This document shows positions 1-14,046 of a stretch of 64,000 nt of DNA, piece by piece. The notes beneath the pieces were generated by a model. The model saw nothing but the letters and a program-made list of their open reading frames with translations, did no database searches and was not told the origin of the DNA. Numbering within the stretch: the stretch's first letter is position 1; every line of letters begins with the position of its first letter. A program made the translations under genes and the position numbers. The stretch covers positions 20,090,001 through 20,154,000 of the forward strand of contig NC_086118.1 in the NCBI RefSeq assembly GCF_963921235.1, given 5' to 3'. This DNA is from Mobula hypostoma (lineage: Eukaryota).

Positions 1-167
1 TTACTCATTTACAAACCAAATCAGAAAAGGAAAGGATATATGTTTGAGTTATTTATTTTTATTTTGTTAATGATTTGGATCAGAAAGTATGTGGAATAAA
101 TCCAAAATTATTTTTAATATTACAAAATTATTGTTAACCTTACTTGCTACTTCAATTTCCTGGTGCT

Positions 168-1920
168 TCAAAAGTTTCAAAGTTTCAAAGGTACACTTAA
201 TGTCAGAGAAGTGTATACAATATACATCCTGAAATTTGTTTTCTTCGCAACCATCCATGAAAACAGAGTAGTGCCCCAAAGAATGAATGACAGTAAAATG
301 TTAGAACCCCAAAGCCCCCCAGCTCCCCCCTCCCACGCACAAGCAACAGCAAAGCAATGATCCCCCCTCCCCCACCAGCAAAAAAAGCATCGTCACCCCC
401 CACTGAGCACTCAAGCGTGCAGCAAAGCATCAATAAAGACACAGATTTGCAGTACTCCAAAGACTACTCATTCACCCAGTAATTCGACATACCAAATGAA
501 GGAAAAAGAGGTGTCCCCGTTTCATAGATAGAAAATAGGTGCAGGAGTAGGCCATTCGGCCCTTCGAGCCTGCACCGCCATTTATTATGATCATGGCTGA
601 TCATCCAACTCAGAACCCAGCCTTCCCTCCATACCCCCTGACCCCTGTAGCCACAAGGGCCATATCTAACTTCCTTTTAAACATAGCTAATGAACTGGCC
701 TCAACAGTTTGCTGTGGCAGAGAATTCCACAGATTCACCACTCTCTGTGTGAAGAAGTTTTTCCTAACCTCGGTCCTAAAAGGCTTCCCCTCTATCCTCA
801 AACTGTGACCCCTCGTTCTAGACCTCCCCAACATCGGGAACAATCTTCAGTCTTTCTTCCTTTTTCACCGCCTGCTGTACCTGCATGCCCACTTTCAATG
901 ACTGGTGTATAATGACACCCAGGTCTCATTGCACCTCCCCTTTTCCTAATCGGCCACCATTCAGATAATAATCTGTTTTCCTATTTTTGCCACCAAAGTG
1001 GATAACTTCACATTTATCCACATTAAATTGCATCTGCCATGAGTTTGCCCACTCACCCAACCTATCCAAGTCACCCTGCATCCTCTTAGCATCCTCCTCA
1101 CTGCTAACACTGCCACCCAGCTTCGTGTCATCCGCAAACTTGGAGATGCTGCATTTAATTCCCTCATCCAAGTCATTAATATATATTGTAAACAACTGGG
1201 GTCCTAGCACTGAGCCTTGCGGTACCCCACTAGTCACCGCCTGCCATTCTGAAAAGGTCCCGTTTATTCCCACTCTTTGCTTCCTGTCTGCTAACCAATT
1301 CTCCACCCACACCAATACCTTACCCCCAATACCGTGTGCTTTAAGTTTGCACACTAATCTCCTATGTGGGACCTTGTCAAAAGCCTTTTGAAAATCCAAA
1401 TATACCACATCCACTGGTTCTCCCCTATCCACTCTACTAGTTACATCCTCAAAAAATTCTATGAGATTCGTCTGAGAGGGGAGACATAACAAACAACTTG
1501 CCGATTTATGGTGTTAAAAGTCTGTTGCGTCGCTTCTTCTGAACTCTGAGCCCAAAGAACTTGGGTCTCTGGGCACACAGCCAGCAGCCAGCTTGCTGCT
1601 TTCGATCTTCCATCTCCCACAATGGACCAGGCAACGGCACCAACCTCGCGTCTGCCCATGTCCAGAGCCACGAAATCCCGGAACCCCGAGGGCACGCTAG
1701 TCTTCCAGACGGCGTCCTTGGTATATCAGCCGGCCGTGAGACCCCAAGAGCGGGTCCCATTCCCACAAAGAACTGCAGTCAGCATGTAACTCCAGGTCAG
1801 GGTCTTCCAAAGAACCCTGAAAGGGAAAAATAGAGATATTAAAGATAGAAATAGAGCTATTTCCGAAGATGCAAGCAAAGGAGTGGCCGTTAGGCACTAT
1901 CATCCCTCCTAAACTCCACC
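168..1920 (-). mobile_element. Non-autonomous retroposon with short-repeat (TTTGAAAC-like) 3' tail, split by the CR1 at 524-1472
   Basis: Tandem tail aagtttcaaagtttcaaagg at ~171-190 resembles the tail at 45976 (gttcaaagttcaaa). No coding capacity. Sequence appears to continue across the CR1 (...ccccgtttca | gagaggggagac...). Boundaries approximate. Confidence 0.4.
524..1472 (-). mobile_element. 5'-truncated CR1/L3 LINE (RT core plus 3' UTR) with an internal ~315-bp deletion
   Basis: ORF 926-1492 contains YLDFQKAFDKVPH, GVPQGSVLGP and KFADDTKLGG. Near-identical in reverse complement to 28048-29300. Confidence 0.95.
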
Positions 1921-4125
1921 CCTTTTCCATTGTGCCTTATCGTTAGAATTCAAATATGTCACTAGCAGATACAAATATTTACAAAATCAAAAAGTGTGGA
2001 ATTGAAAAGGGCATATTATACCATGTACTTAATTGCAAGCATTTATTTTTATTCCTCTTTCTCTGTCACAAAGACAGAAATGTTCTTTGGTGATTGGCAG
2101 TACTGTTGATCCCTAGAGAGTCCAATAGACAACTTGGTTTCTTCCAGTGAGCTAAAGGCAGTAGGTGACTTTGCTGCTGTATCAGTGACTATGGTTTTCT
2201 ATAAGAAATTAGCTCCAGCAAGTGGGCTGATGTTAACAGTAAGAGGTGAAACCAAGCAAATGTTAATTTTAGTCCACAGGAATGTGAAGTACTTTTCACA
2301 ATCAATGTGTCAGATTCAAATTCCCGTAACAGCTCCCTGAGTGAATTTGAGATGCACAGACTTGTTTATTTTAAGCAAAGAATTATAAATGGTCTAGACT
2401 ATTTGCAAATGGTGGCAACTGATTCACAAACATCACTAAGGTTGAATTCCTCAAATTTCTTTCTCTATCTTCCTCAGGAAGCCTGGCATCTAAAGGAAAG
2501 TAAGGACCAGAGTGTGGAGAGTTAAGTATATTTGTAGCAATTCTTAGGAGGCAAGAGGAGCAAAAGTGTTTCCTCCCCATCTCAAGTTTACTAGTCCCTC
2601 CTGAGGATTGAAATATTTCACCTGCAACACCCCCACCCCAGCCCATGATCAGAACGAGGCATACCTCCACTCATCACTCATTAAACTATCTGATCCCATA
2701 CAGAGACTTTGAAAAACACACACATGCTTTAAAGTTGGAGATGACTGGTTTTCTGAACTAAAATGGAATGGGTTGACCAGCTTCAAATGTAGCAGAGAGA
2801 AATAATGAGGACTTACTAGAAGCGGAAATTGAAACCCCCAACATTTTGTAACTACGAAAGAGTAAAAGATAATAAAAATTAAACATTCGATCAGCTAGTG
2901 CTAAGGTTCACCAAGCTTTTGTGAAGAAAAGCACTTTACACTTAGGTAAACTAAGCATAAAGTTTCATAGTGTGCAGCTACTACCTACATGCACTGCATA
3001 AATGATTCACCCATTCACTGCATATGTATCTTTTCACAGAAAAGGATGCCATCCGCAAAAGGTGCAGGAGCTGGCAGGTGGAGGTCTCAGCAAGCAAATT
3101 CTCACCTCATCTCAAGATGCCTCCATGGATGTCATCAGTTAGCTGGTTGTATAAGGTGTTGGTGGCTTGCAAGTTGAGTGAAAAGAAGACTTACAATAAG
3201 AAAATTTTGTGTTTGATGCAGGATGGGTAGCAGATTTGTGTGCACGTGTCCCAAAGTTACCTACCTCCCTGATTACCTACTATAGGTGTGACATACTGGG
3301 AAATAACAAGGAAGGTGGAACCCCAGAGTTGCAGGTAAACTCAACAAATTTAGGGGTATGAAGGCCTAGCCAATCCCAAAAGCTACTATCTGGAATTTTT
3401 AAGTGGCAGTAAATTAGAACCAGCCATAAGAGCTCAGAATATGTCACTTCAGTGTCCTGGTAAACCATCGGAAAAAGTATTCAAAAACTGTTTGGAACCT
3501 TGACCTTTATTTAATGTAGGCTGGAATACAAGGGAGGGAAGTGTGTGGATAATTATCATGATTCTTGGAGACGATTACCGCATTCCTTTCTGATACTGCT
3601 TCTCGGGAATGATGGGTGATTGACTCGCTAGATTGACAATGAAGGATAAATGGTTAAATAGGTAAGGGCAGGTTGTATCACTCTGGGTACACATGATTAC
3701 TTAGTCAAAATAATAGTCAGGTGAGTTAGAAAGATTAAGAGAAATTGGTTTTAATCTGTGAGATAAATCATGATCTCTAGAGCATAAATTAAATGTCAAG
3801 AGGGCACTCGGGAACAATTTCATCGAACAGTGTTTCACAAGAACTTGAAGACGTTGTCTCAGAAAGCTCTGAAAGGCCAGAGAATGAAACATTTTATTAG
3901 GTAAGAGTACCATGAGACACAGGACAAAGCCTGGCATGTAAAGAAACATGCTGACTTTGATTGAAATCTAGAATAGAGTTGATGGGCTGAAAGACCCACC
4001 CCAATTCTTAGGAAGTGAATTTCCATCATTTCCATTTAACATTGCAGTCTCTTTTTTTACTTTACCTTCAATTAATGTTCATGTAGGAAGCTAGAACATT
4101 CCTGTATTCATTTTCATTCAGGAAT

Positions 4126-4591
4126 CGTCACAACCACAGACGCTGCTGTGGAGTCTGGGTGCTCTCACAGGCAGTCAGCTGAAAGAAGACTGCAATTACG
4201 CACATGAGAACGCACACATTCCAGCCAATTAGGTTTTCTTTGTAACTGCATTTAACTCCCTCCCTTTTCGTGTAGTCTTGTCAAAATTTGATCAAAGCAC
4301 AGTGACAACAATGTTCCCTATTTATCTTAATCCACGTTCCAGGAAAAAAAAATTAGTGATTTAGAAGAGCACTGTTAAAGGAGCTGTATTAATTTAGTTC
4401 CAGGTTACTGCTTTCGAGCTGCAGTTATGATGTTAATTTAGTTAGTCTGAGAGTTTTTAGTTAGCAGCCTTGTCAGCTTAGCATTTATTATTTTCCTTTG
4501 TTCTGTGCAGTTCTTATCAAAACTCAGTGAAATGTTCATTTCATGTCTGTGTCTCTCCCTTTGAACTTAGGCTATCACTGATCTCCTGTCA
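4126..4591 (+). repeat. 5' LTR of element A
   Basis: Starts cgtcacaacc (mutated TG), ends cctgtca, and aligns with 30587-31110. Confidence 0.85.
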
Positions 4592-4919
4592 GCAGGACTT
4601 GACCAGCAAAGTAACCCAGTGGAGAGAGAACAGCTGAAATTGACCCTCAGTTTCGTTGGTCAGGTTGGGGAGAAGTTAAAGTCACGTGGAGACTGAGCTG
4701 GCAGAAACGGCTCCCTGCAGTGCAACAACTACCCTCAGAATGGCAGGTCCTGTCCCAGATGGAAGAACAGGTCTCAGCACTTGTAATGACAGTTCAACAA
4801 CACACAACAGACAGCTGGTATCAGGTGGCAGACATTGCTGCTCTCACTGCTGGTACTCAGCAGCTCTCTGCCAGGACTGCCCCACTTCCAGCACCAATCA
4901 CCTTCCCCATCCTCCTTAC

Positions 4920-5186
4920 TACTTAAGCACAACGCTTTACATTACCAGCGACCCTGGTTCAATTCCCACCGCTGCCTGTAAAGAGTTCGTACGATTTCCC
5001 TGTGACCACACGGGTTTCCTCCGGATGCTCCAGTTTCCTCCCACAGTCCAAAGACGTACCCGTTGCTAGGTTAATGCATCACTGTAAATTATCCTGTGAA
5101 TAGGTTAGGATTAAATCGGGGGATTGCCGGGTGGCACTGCTCAAAGGGCTGGAAAGGCCCATTCCACGCTGCATCTCAAATAAATA
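4920..5186 (+). mobile_element. tRNA-derived HE1/V-SINE-like element inserted in gag of A
   Basis: B-box-like ggttcaattccc, central gggtttcctccggatgctccagtttcctcccacagtccaaagacgt motif, tail aaataaata. Confidence 0.8.
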
Positions 5187-5199
5187 TTGCAGTTTCATC

Positions 5200-6996
5200 A
5201 GCCTCAGCCACTAACGCACCGTTCCCTCGTCTGCTTCCGGTCCTGACCCAAGCATGCCCGCACCAAGCAGATACTCTGGTGACCCCGACATAGCAGTAAT
5301 CTTATTATCCAGGGTGAGCTGACTTTCCAGGCCCTGCCAGGTCGGGTCAATGGTGATGCACGTAGACTGGCTCACATGGTGAACATCTTAGACAGACCTC
5401 CTCTCAGCCCGCTCGATGCTCTACTAGAACAAGGTTCTCCTGCAGCCTAGTCTTGCCAGCAATTTATAGTCAAGTTCAATAGAGTGTTTGACCATCTAGT
5501 ACAGGGTCAGGAGGCTGCCCACCAACTCCTAGACCTGTGCCAAAAGATTCTAAAGTTCCACATTCTTTCAATTGAGACGGGCTGGAACAAGCGATCTCTC
5601 CTCACTGCTTTCCAGCGTGGGAGGAACACAGAGGTTCAGCGTGAGATCACCGAGCATGATGAACAGGACAGCCTCGATGACCTGATAAATCTGACTATTC
5701 GAATTGACAACCGGGCAACTGAGTGTCACAGAGAGAGATTCCCCAAGCTTCCTACTCATCTGGATCACTGCCAGCCTGCACCCCCTCTCACAACAGCCAG
5801 TCCACCATCTGCGGAGGAGTCCAGGCAGGCGGGAGGCCTGCACCTTTCTCAGGAGGGTCAAGATCACAGCAGAAGAACAGGTTGCTGCCTCTTTTGTGGA
5901 CCTCCAGCATACATCCGCGCATCATCTCCCAAGTGTCCAGTAAAAGAAGAGACCCCATGAGTAAGAAGGGGAATTCTGATGAGTCAATTCTCCCTGTAAA
6001 CATCTCTCCTTAACCGAGCATTGCTCCCAGCTTCCATTGTGCAGGGATCCCAAACCCATGAGCTTCTGGCATTTATTGACTCCAGAGCAGCCAAGAACCT
6101 CATGGATATCTCTCAGGCTCAAAGAAATAGAGTTCCCACTAAACATTTGAGAGAGAATATTGATGTCTAGCTCTGAACGGTCGGCCTCTGGCACCAGCAA
6201 GATCCATCTTTCCGCAGTACCCGTTGACTTGTGCAAGAGGGCAACCACAGGGAATAGCTCTCCTGTCTTGTCGACTCACCTGAACTGCCACTGATTCTTG
6301 GACTTCCCTGACTCCCATGACACAACCCACGGATCGATGGGTCCCTAAAGGGGCTCCAAGAGTGGGGACCGGCGTGCCTGTCTACCCATCTGGGTCCAGC
6401 TCGGCACATCATCTCCCGAGCCAGCTGCAAGTGTGGACCTGACTGGGTGTTCCAGCTGAATATGCTGACCTTGCCTTCGGTAAGAATGCAGCTGCCTCCC
6501 TACCTCCGCATCTGCCACACAACTGAGCCGTGGACCTTTCACCGGGTTCTGGTCCTCCTCAGGGTCAGCTCTCTTCCCTCTCTCATCCTGAAACAATAGC
6601 AATGGAAGGATACTTAAAGGAGACGTTGGCCTCAGGATTTATCTGTCCAGCTTCTTTTGTGTGAGCAAGAAGGATGGCAAGCTCACTTGCTGCATTAATT
6701 ATTGGCACCTCAACATCATCGCGGTGAAGAATTGCTACTCTCTTCCACTGCTTGCCTCTGCATTTAAACATCTCCAGGGAGGAACCATATTCTCTAAGTT
6801 AGACCTGTGCTATGCTTACAACCTGGTTTGCATTTGAGAAGGGGATGAGTGGAAGGCAGCATTCCATGCCGTCACTGGCCCTGAGAGTAACTCGTGATGC
6901 CATTTGGCACCCTGCTGTTTTTCAGGCCCTGATCAACAATGTTCTCCAGGACATGTTGAATCAGTTTGTTTTAGTGTATATGGACGACATTCTTGC
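5200..6996 (+). pseudogene. gag-protease-RT N-half of element A (frameshifted)
   Basis: Retrotransposon-gag segment VFDHLVQGQEAAHQLLDLCQ, degenerate CCHC knuckle (CLFCG...CP), protease AFIDSRAAKNLMD at ~6070, and VYMDDIL ending at ~6993. Confidence 0.85.
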
Positions 6997-9820
6997 CATC
7001 AGGAAAAACGGTGATGAACTGAGAGCTTAGATACATACATGGAATTATGATGTAGTGGCCATTACAGAGACTTGCCTGGCACTAGGGCAGGAATGGATTC
7101 TCAACATTCCTGGATTTCAGTGCTTTAAAAGGGATAGAGAGGGCGGAAAAAGGGGAGGAGGGGTGGCATTACTGCTCAGGGATACTATTACAGCTACAGA
7201 AAGGGTGGTTAATGTAGCAGGATCCTCTTTTGAGTCAGTATGGGTGGAAGTCAGGAACAGGAAGGGAGCAGTTACTCTATTGAGGGTATTCTATAGGCCC
7301 CCTGGTAGCAGTAGAGATACAGAGGAGCAGACTGGGAGGCAGATTTTGGAAAGGTGCAAAAATAACAGGGTTGTTATCATGGGTGACTTTAACTTCCCTA
7401 ATATTGATTGGCACCTGATTAGTTCCAAGGGTTCAGATGGGGCACAGTTTGTTAAGTGTGTCCAGGACGGATTCCTGTCACAGTGTGTGGACAGGTCAAC
7501 AAGGAGGAATGCCACACTAGATCTAGTACTTGGTAATGAACCGGGTCAGGTCCCAGATCTCTCAGTGGTGAGCATCTGGGGGACAGTGACCACCGCTCCC
7601 TGGCCTTTAGCATTATCATGGAAAAGGATAGAATCAGAGAGGACAGGAAAATTTTTAATTGGGGAAGGGCAAATTATGAGGCTATAAGGCTAGAACTTGC
7701 GGGTGTGAATTGGGATGATGTTTTTGCAGGGAAATGTACTATGGACATGTGGTCGATGTTTAGAGATCTCTTGAGGGATGTTAGGGATAAATTTGTCCTG
7801 GTGAGGAAGATAAAGAATGTTAGGGTGAAGGAACCATGGGTGACAAGTGAGGTGGAAAATCTAGTCAGGTGGAAGAAGGCAGCATACATGAGGTTTAGGA
7901 AGCAAGGATCAGATGGGTCTATTGAGTAATATAGGGAAGCAAGAAAGGAGCTTAAGAAGGGGCTGAGAAGAGCAAGAAGGGGGCATGAGAAGGCCTTGGC
8001 AAATAGGGTAAAGAAAACCCCAAGGCATTCTTCTATTAGGTGAAGTAAAAAAGGATGACAGAAGTGAAAGTAGGACCGATTAGAGATAAAGGTGAGAAGA
8101 TGTGCCTAGAGGCTATGGAAGTGAGCGAGGTCCTCAATAAATACTTCTCTTCGGTATTCACCAATGAGAGGGAACTTGATGATGGTGAGGACAATATGAG
8201 TGAGGTTGATGTTCTGGAGCATGTTGATATTAAGGGAGAGGAGGTGTTGAAGTTGTTAAAATACATTAGGACGGATATGTCCCCGGGGCCTGACGGAATA
8301 TTCCTCAGGCTGCTCCACAAAGCGAGGGAAGAGATTGCTGAGCCTCTGGCTAGGATCTTTATGTCCTCGTTGTCCACGGGAATGGTACCAGAGGATTGGA
8401 GGGAGGCGAATGTTGTCCCCTTGTTCAAAAAAGGTAGTAGGGATAGTCCAGGTAATTATAGACCAGTCAGCCTTACATCTGTGGTGGGAAAGCTGTTGAA
8501 AAAGATTCTTAGAGATAGGATCTCTGGGCATTTAGAGAATCATGGTCTGATCAGGGACAGTCAGCATGGCTTTGTGAAGGGCAGATCGTGTCTAACAAGC
8601 CTGATAGAGTTCTTTGAGGAGGTGAACAGGCATATAGATGAGGGTAGTGCAGTGGATGTGATCTATATGGATTTTAGTAAGGCATTTGACAAGGTTCCAC
8701 ACGGTAGGCTTATTCAGAAAGTCAGAAGGCATGGGATCCAGGAAAGTTTGGCCAGGTGGATTCAGAATAGGCTTGCCTGCAGAAGGCAGAGGGTCGTGGT
8801 GGAGGGAGTACATTCAGACTGGAGGATTGTGACTAGTGGTGTCCCACAAGGATCTGTTCAGGGACCTCTACTTTTCATGATTTTTATTAACGACCTGGAT
8901 GTTGGGGTAGAAGGGTGGGTTGGCAAGTTTGCAGACGACACAAAGGTTGGTGGTGTTGTAGATAGTGTAGAGGATTGTCAAAGATTACAGAGAGACATTA
9001 ACAGGATGCAGAAGTGGGCTGAGAAGTAGCAGATGGAGTTCAACCCGGGGAAGTGTGAGGTGGTACACTTTGGAAGGACAACTCCAAGGCAGAGTACAAA
9101 GTAAACGGCAGGATACTTGGTAGTGTGGAGGAGCAGAGGGATCTCGGGGTACATGTCCGCAGATCCCTGAAAGTTGCCTCACAGGTGGATAGGGTAGTTA
9201 AGAAAGCTTATGGGGTGTTAGCTTTCATAAGTCAAGGGATAGAGTTTAAGAGTCACGATGTAATGATGCAGCTCTATAAAACTCTGGTTAGGCCACCCTT
9301 GAAGTACTGTGTCCAGTTCTGGTCGCCTCACTATAGGAAGGATGTGGAAGCATTGGAAAGGGTACAGAGATTTACCAGGATGCTGCCTGGTTTAGAGAGT
9401 ATGCATTATGATCAGAGATTAAGGGAGCTAGGGCTTTACCCTTTGGAGAGAAGGAGGATGAGAGGAGACATGATAAAGGTGTACAAGATAATAAGAGGAA
9501 TAGATAGAGTGGATAGCCAGCACCTCTTCCCCAGGGCACCACTGCTCAATACAAGAGGACATGGCTTTAAGGTAAGGGGTGGGAAGTTCAAGGGGGATAT
9601 TAGAGGAAGGTTTTTTACTCAGAGAGTGGTTGGTGCGTGGAATGCACTGCCTGAGTCAGTGGTGGAGGCAGATACACTAGTGAAGTTTAAGAGACTACTA
9701 GACAGGTATATGGAGGAATTTAAGGAGGGGGTTATATGGGAGGCAGGGTTTGAGCATCGGCACAACATTGTGGGCCGAAGGGCCTGTACTGTGCTGTACT
9801 ATTCTATGTTCTATGTTCTA
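6997..9820 (+). mobile_element. CR1/L3 LINE, nearly whole ORF2 (APE endonuclease plus RT), inactivated
   Basis: AITET, YRPP, GDFN, RT FADDTKVGG and a (TTCTATG)n tail. Contains stops and frameshifts. Confidence 0.95.
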
Positions 9821-10498
9821 TATTCCTGCTCTCTCCAGGAACAGTATGTCCAGAAGGTTTTCCAATGGATCGTCAAGAACAACCTCTATCCCAAGTCAGA
9901 GAAGTAAGAGTTCCACAAAGAGCAGGTGTTGTTCCTGGGCTACATCTTCATCCTCATCCCTCTAGTATTCAAATGGGACCATGTAAAGTCCACAGAGTGC
10001 CCCAAACCATCTGTGGTCAAAAGGTGTGTTGCTTCTTGGGGTTTGTGAACTTCTATCACAGCTTCGTGAGAAACTTCACTTTCATCACGGCTTCCATAAA
10101 TGTAGGCACCAAGAAAACATCTGCAGGATTCCAATGGGCAAATGGTGCAAAACAAGAATGCTCAGAGCTAAAGTAACACTTCACCATTGCTCCAGTGCTA
10201 CAGCGTCCAGACACATCCCATCCATTCATTGTCAAAATTCATGCATCTGATGTTGGCACACTTCAATAGACAACCGGCTACCCCCCTGTGCTTTTCCTTC
10301 CTGTCACATCATCCCTGCAGAGTCTAACTATAATGTTGGGAACCGAGAACTTCTGGCTGTCAAGGAGGTCCTGGAGGCATGGTGACACTGACTGGAGGGA
10401 GCAGAGCACAGGTATGGGCAGTATGGACAGATCACAAAAACCTCTCCAACGCTTGTCATGCCAGGAGACTCAACACCCGTCAAGTCCATTGAGCTCTC
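9821..10498 (+). pseudogene. RT C-terminus and RNase H of element A
   Basis: [31 protein letters not shown] and RRLNTRQVH*AL. Confidence 0.85.
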
Positions 10499-10842
10499 TG
10501 CCAGGAAATATAGAGGAGGCTAGAGCCAAAAGCAGGGCAGCAGAAACAATTCAGCAGTGAATGAGGACTTTAATAATAGACTGCAAAATAACAAGCCATG
10601 AGGGGCCGTAAGACAACAGAGAACAGAAACTAAACACAACAGGCAACAGAGTAAACTTTAGGGATGGAGAGTGAAAGCTAGGAACAACTGGTTGAGGCTG
10701 GCTAGTTCGATGAGAATTGGGGTTAAATAGGCTGCAGGTGATGAGTCTGGAACAGGCATCAGGTGAATCCGATTAGCTGAGCGGATACTGGGAAGTTCCT
10801 GCATGTGCAGGCTGGGAAGTGTCAGTGGGAGCAGGTCTCACA
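10499..10842 (-). repeat. 3' LTR of element B
   Basis: TG...CA ends. Aligns with 14047-14392. A purine-rich PPT-like tract on the minus strand lies at ~10850-10870. Confidence 0.85.
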
Positions 10843-13800
10843 GGACTTCACCTCCACACCCCACCACACCCATGGCCAGCACCTGATGGCCCAGGACGAG
10901 CCAGATAGGTCCAGTGAAAATCATCGATGAGTGATGGATCCAAGATGTAACTGAACATCATCCCAAGATCTCTCCTCTAGGCCATGCACGTTCCAGTCGA
11001 CCAGATACTGCACACCTCATCCACGATGAAGTTAAACCATCAATCGGTGAACCATGTACACTAGACCATCTTCCACCATCCTGGGTTCTGGACGTGCAGG
11101 CTCAGGTGAGTTAAGTGGCCCATGGACAACAGGCCTGAGGCAGGACACATGGAAGGTGGCAGCTGGAGTCAGTAAGTGACTGGATTGATGCGATATGTGA
11201 TCTTGAAGGGACCGATGAACCGGGACGAGAGTTCGCTGGAGTCAGAGCACGTGGGCAGATCTCGGCTGGGCAGCCAGATATATTCCCCAGCTGGAGTAAT
11301 CTGGTTTGGCACCGACAGCTGTAGGCACAGTCTGCAGCTACATAGCCTTCTCCAAGCGTTCCAGCAAGTGCGATCTCGGGCACTGGTGGACAGAACCTCC
11401 ACCGTAGACCCCTCTGAGGGGAAAATAGGGGTTGGTTGCCATGAAGTACCTCAAAGGGTGACATGCCCATGGCAGATGTGGCATGTAGATTGTGGAACAG
11501 CTTGTCTCACAGCAGATACTTCTTCCATGTGGAAGGATTAGAGTTGATGAAACACTGCAGGATCTTCTCCACTTGCTTATTGGCTTTTTCTGATTGACTA
11601 TTGGTCTGCAGACGACAGTCAGAGGGCAAACTCTGAGAGTTGGTCTCCATTTCAGCTGGGTCGAACTGTCATACAAGGGCATCCGCCTTTGTGTTCTTGG
11701 AACTGGAGCTATAGGAGATAAAGTTGAATTTTTCAAAGTAGAGGGTCCAGCGAGCCTCATGTGGGTTGAGGTCACAGGTCTGCTCAATGGATATTAGCTT
11801 CTGGTGGTCTGTCCAGGTCAGGTAGGGCTTGGTGTTTCCCAACAGCCAAAGTCTTCAGTCCTCCAAGGCCCATTTAATAGTAAGTAGCTCCCTATTTCCT
11901 ACTGTGTAGAGTTGAATTTGCGTGAGAAGAAGGTATAAGGATATGTCTTCCCATCTAGTTCTCATTGGGAGAGGATGGCCATAGTGCCCACATCAAATGC
12001 ATCCACTCTACCACAAAAAGGACTGGTGCTTTTCAGATGTCGGAAAATGGGAGTGGTAGTGAAGCACTTCTTAAGCTCCTCAAAAGTTTGGTCTGCGGCA
12101 ACAAACCAGGTTATCCACAAGGTAGGTGACGTAGTGAGGGAAGTGAGAGGAAATGTGATTTGCCTGCTGTTTCTGATGAAAAGGTAGTAGAAATTGGTGA
12201 AGGCAAAGAAGTCTTTAACACTTTGAGGATGCATGGCTGGGGCCACTCAGTGATGCTGCGCACTTCCTCTTAAGTCAATGATTATGCCTTGGGGTGAATG
12301 GATGTAACACAGAAAGGAGGTGTCTGGCAACACCAAGTATTCATAGTGGCCAGTGAGTATTATGAACGTTGTTTTCCCCTCATCCCCCTGGTGGATGTGG
12401 ATCACTTTGCATGCGCTTTGTAGGTCTGGGCCCCCCAGAGGTTTTTGAATACACTATCCATCAAGGGAAGAGGGGAGAGGTTCTTAATGGTGATTTTGTT
12501 AAGTCCATGGTAGTCAATGCAGAGATGAAGACCCCCAACTTCCTTAACAAAGAAGAATCCTGCACTGGCTGAGAACTGGGATGGACAAATGAAGCTGTGC
12601 TTTTGTGCTCCAGTGACGCAGTCTTTCATGGCTTCGGTCTCAAGATGGGAGAAGGAGAACAAGCAGCCTCGGGGAAGTGTTGTGCCCAGGAGGAGATCGA
12701 TCGCACAGTTGTATGGTCTGTGAGGCAGCAGGGTTCTGGTTTTCCTTTTAATGAAGGCAATGGCTAAACCACAATATTCCTTTGGGTGAAGTGAACTGAT
12801 GGGGCAGGCAGGTAGTCTGGCAGGTCAGCGGAGATCCAGCTGGCCAGGTGAAGTGAGATTTGTGAGTGGAGAACCAGGTGTAACCCAGGGAGAGAGGAGT
12901 GTTGGATGAGTCGATCAGGTGGAATTGGGTGGCCTCGTAGTGCTCTCCGACGCTCACATGCACATGCCATGTGCATGCTCCGATTGTCCCAGACCCCAAG
13001 GGACCCCCTTTCAATGGCTGTGATGTAAAAGAGGTGAGAAATGGGTTTGGTAGGGAGTCCAAGCTGCGCACACAGAGTCCAATCCAGAGAGCTGTCTGCT
13101 GCACCAGAATACTCCGGAGTGTATGCGTAGGCCATAGTGTGAAGGACAGTGAGAGTGAGACTGGCTCTGGTGTTGCAACAAGGGATCAGGGAGAGCTTTC
13201 CAGATAGGAGGCCCTCATTTCTACCTAGAGGCAACATTTTCCCGGACGCAGTGGGCATTTGATGCATTGGTGGTCCTCTGCCCCGCGGTAAGCGCACAGA
13301 TTGATTCTCCACTGACACTTGTGCTGTTGGGGGGTTAAGGAAGCTCTCCCAGACTGCCTAGGCTCTGCAGGCATTGGTGATAATGTGGAGAGTCTTTCCA
13401 TGAGACACTTGTTAATACGGACAGCCAAAGCGATGAGGCTTTCGAGGTCAGTGAGCATCTCCCAGGTAGACAGCTTGTCTTTCAAGCACTCCAAGAGGTC
13501 ATGATGGGCCAGCAGCACATCAGAAATCTAGCCACACTCCACCGCAAGGGTCCTGAATTCCTCAAAGTAATCCAGCACAGAGCATGAACCTTGGCGTCGG
13601 CAAAGTATCAGATCCACTGCCTCCCCCGCGCTTCTGGATGGTCAAAAGCCCAGCACATCTCAGTGGTGTGAAATCCTCATATTTGGTGCAAATGGTGGCT
13701 CCTTAGTGGTGGCCAAACTTAGAGCTCACTCAGACTAGAAAACGATGGCAAAGGTGATCTTGGTCCGATCCATAAAATACAGAGATAGCTGGAGCTTGAA

Positions 13801-14046
13801 GTGTAAGACACACTGGGACAGGAAATTGTGGCATCAGGTTGGAGATCTATTGAAGAGTTTGGTCATGGGAAGTCAGGGCTCAGAGGTGAAGGTTGATTAG
13901 CATGGCGTTGCTGCACAGAAGTGGAGAGTTGGATGAAAGTGGTGAGTCAATGATTTCCTACTGCTTCTGAATGGTGTACTCATGCTGGCGGACAACTTCC
14001 ATGAGGTGAGTACATCCGGCTGAGTCATTCATTGTTTCACTCATCC

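Noticed and set aside
987..1391. Antisense 134-aa ORF conserved in two places (also 28129-28533)
   Set aside because: It is a shadow ORF of near-identical CR1 RT copies; the conservation reflects recent common origin.
2989..3230. Possible plus-strand exon after tatcttttcacag
   Set aside because: No recognisable protein, no convincing donor, and no partner exons.
5484..5960. Domesticated gag gene (PEG10/RTL-like)
   Set aside because: It lies inside a TSD-bounded LTR element, with frameshifts and a broken zinc knuckle.
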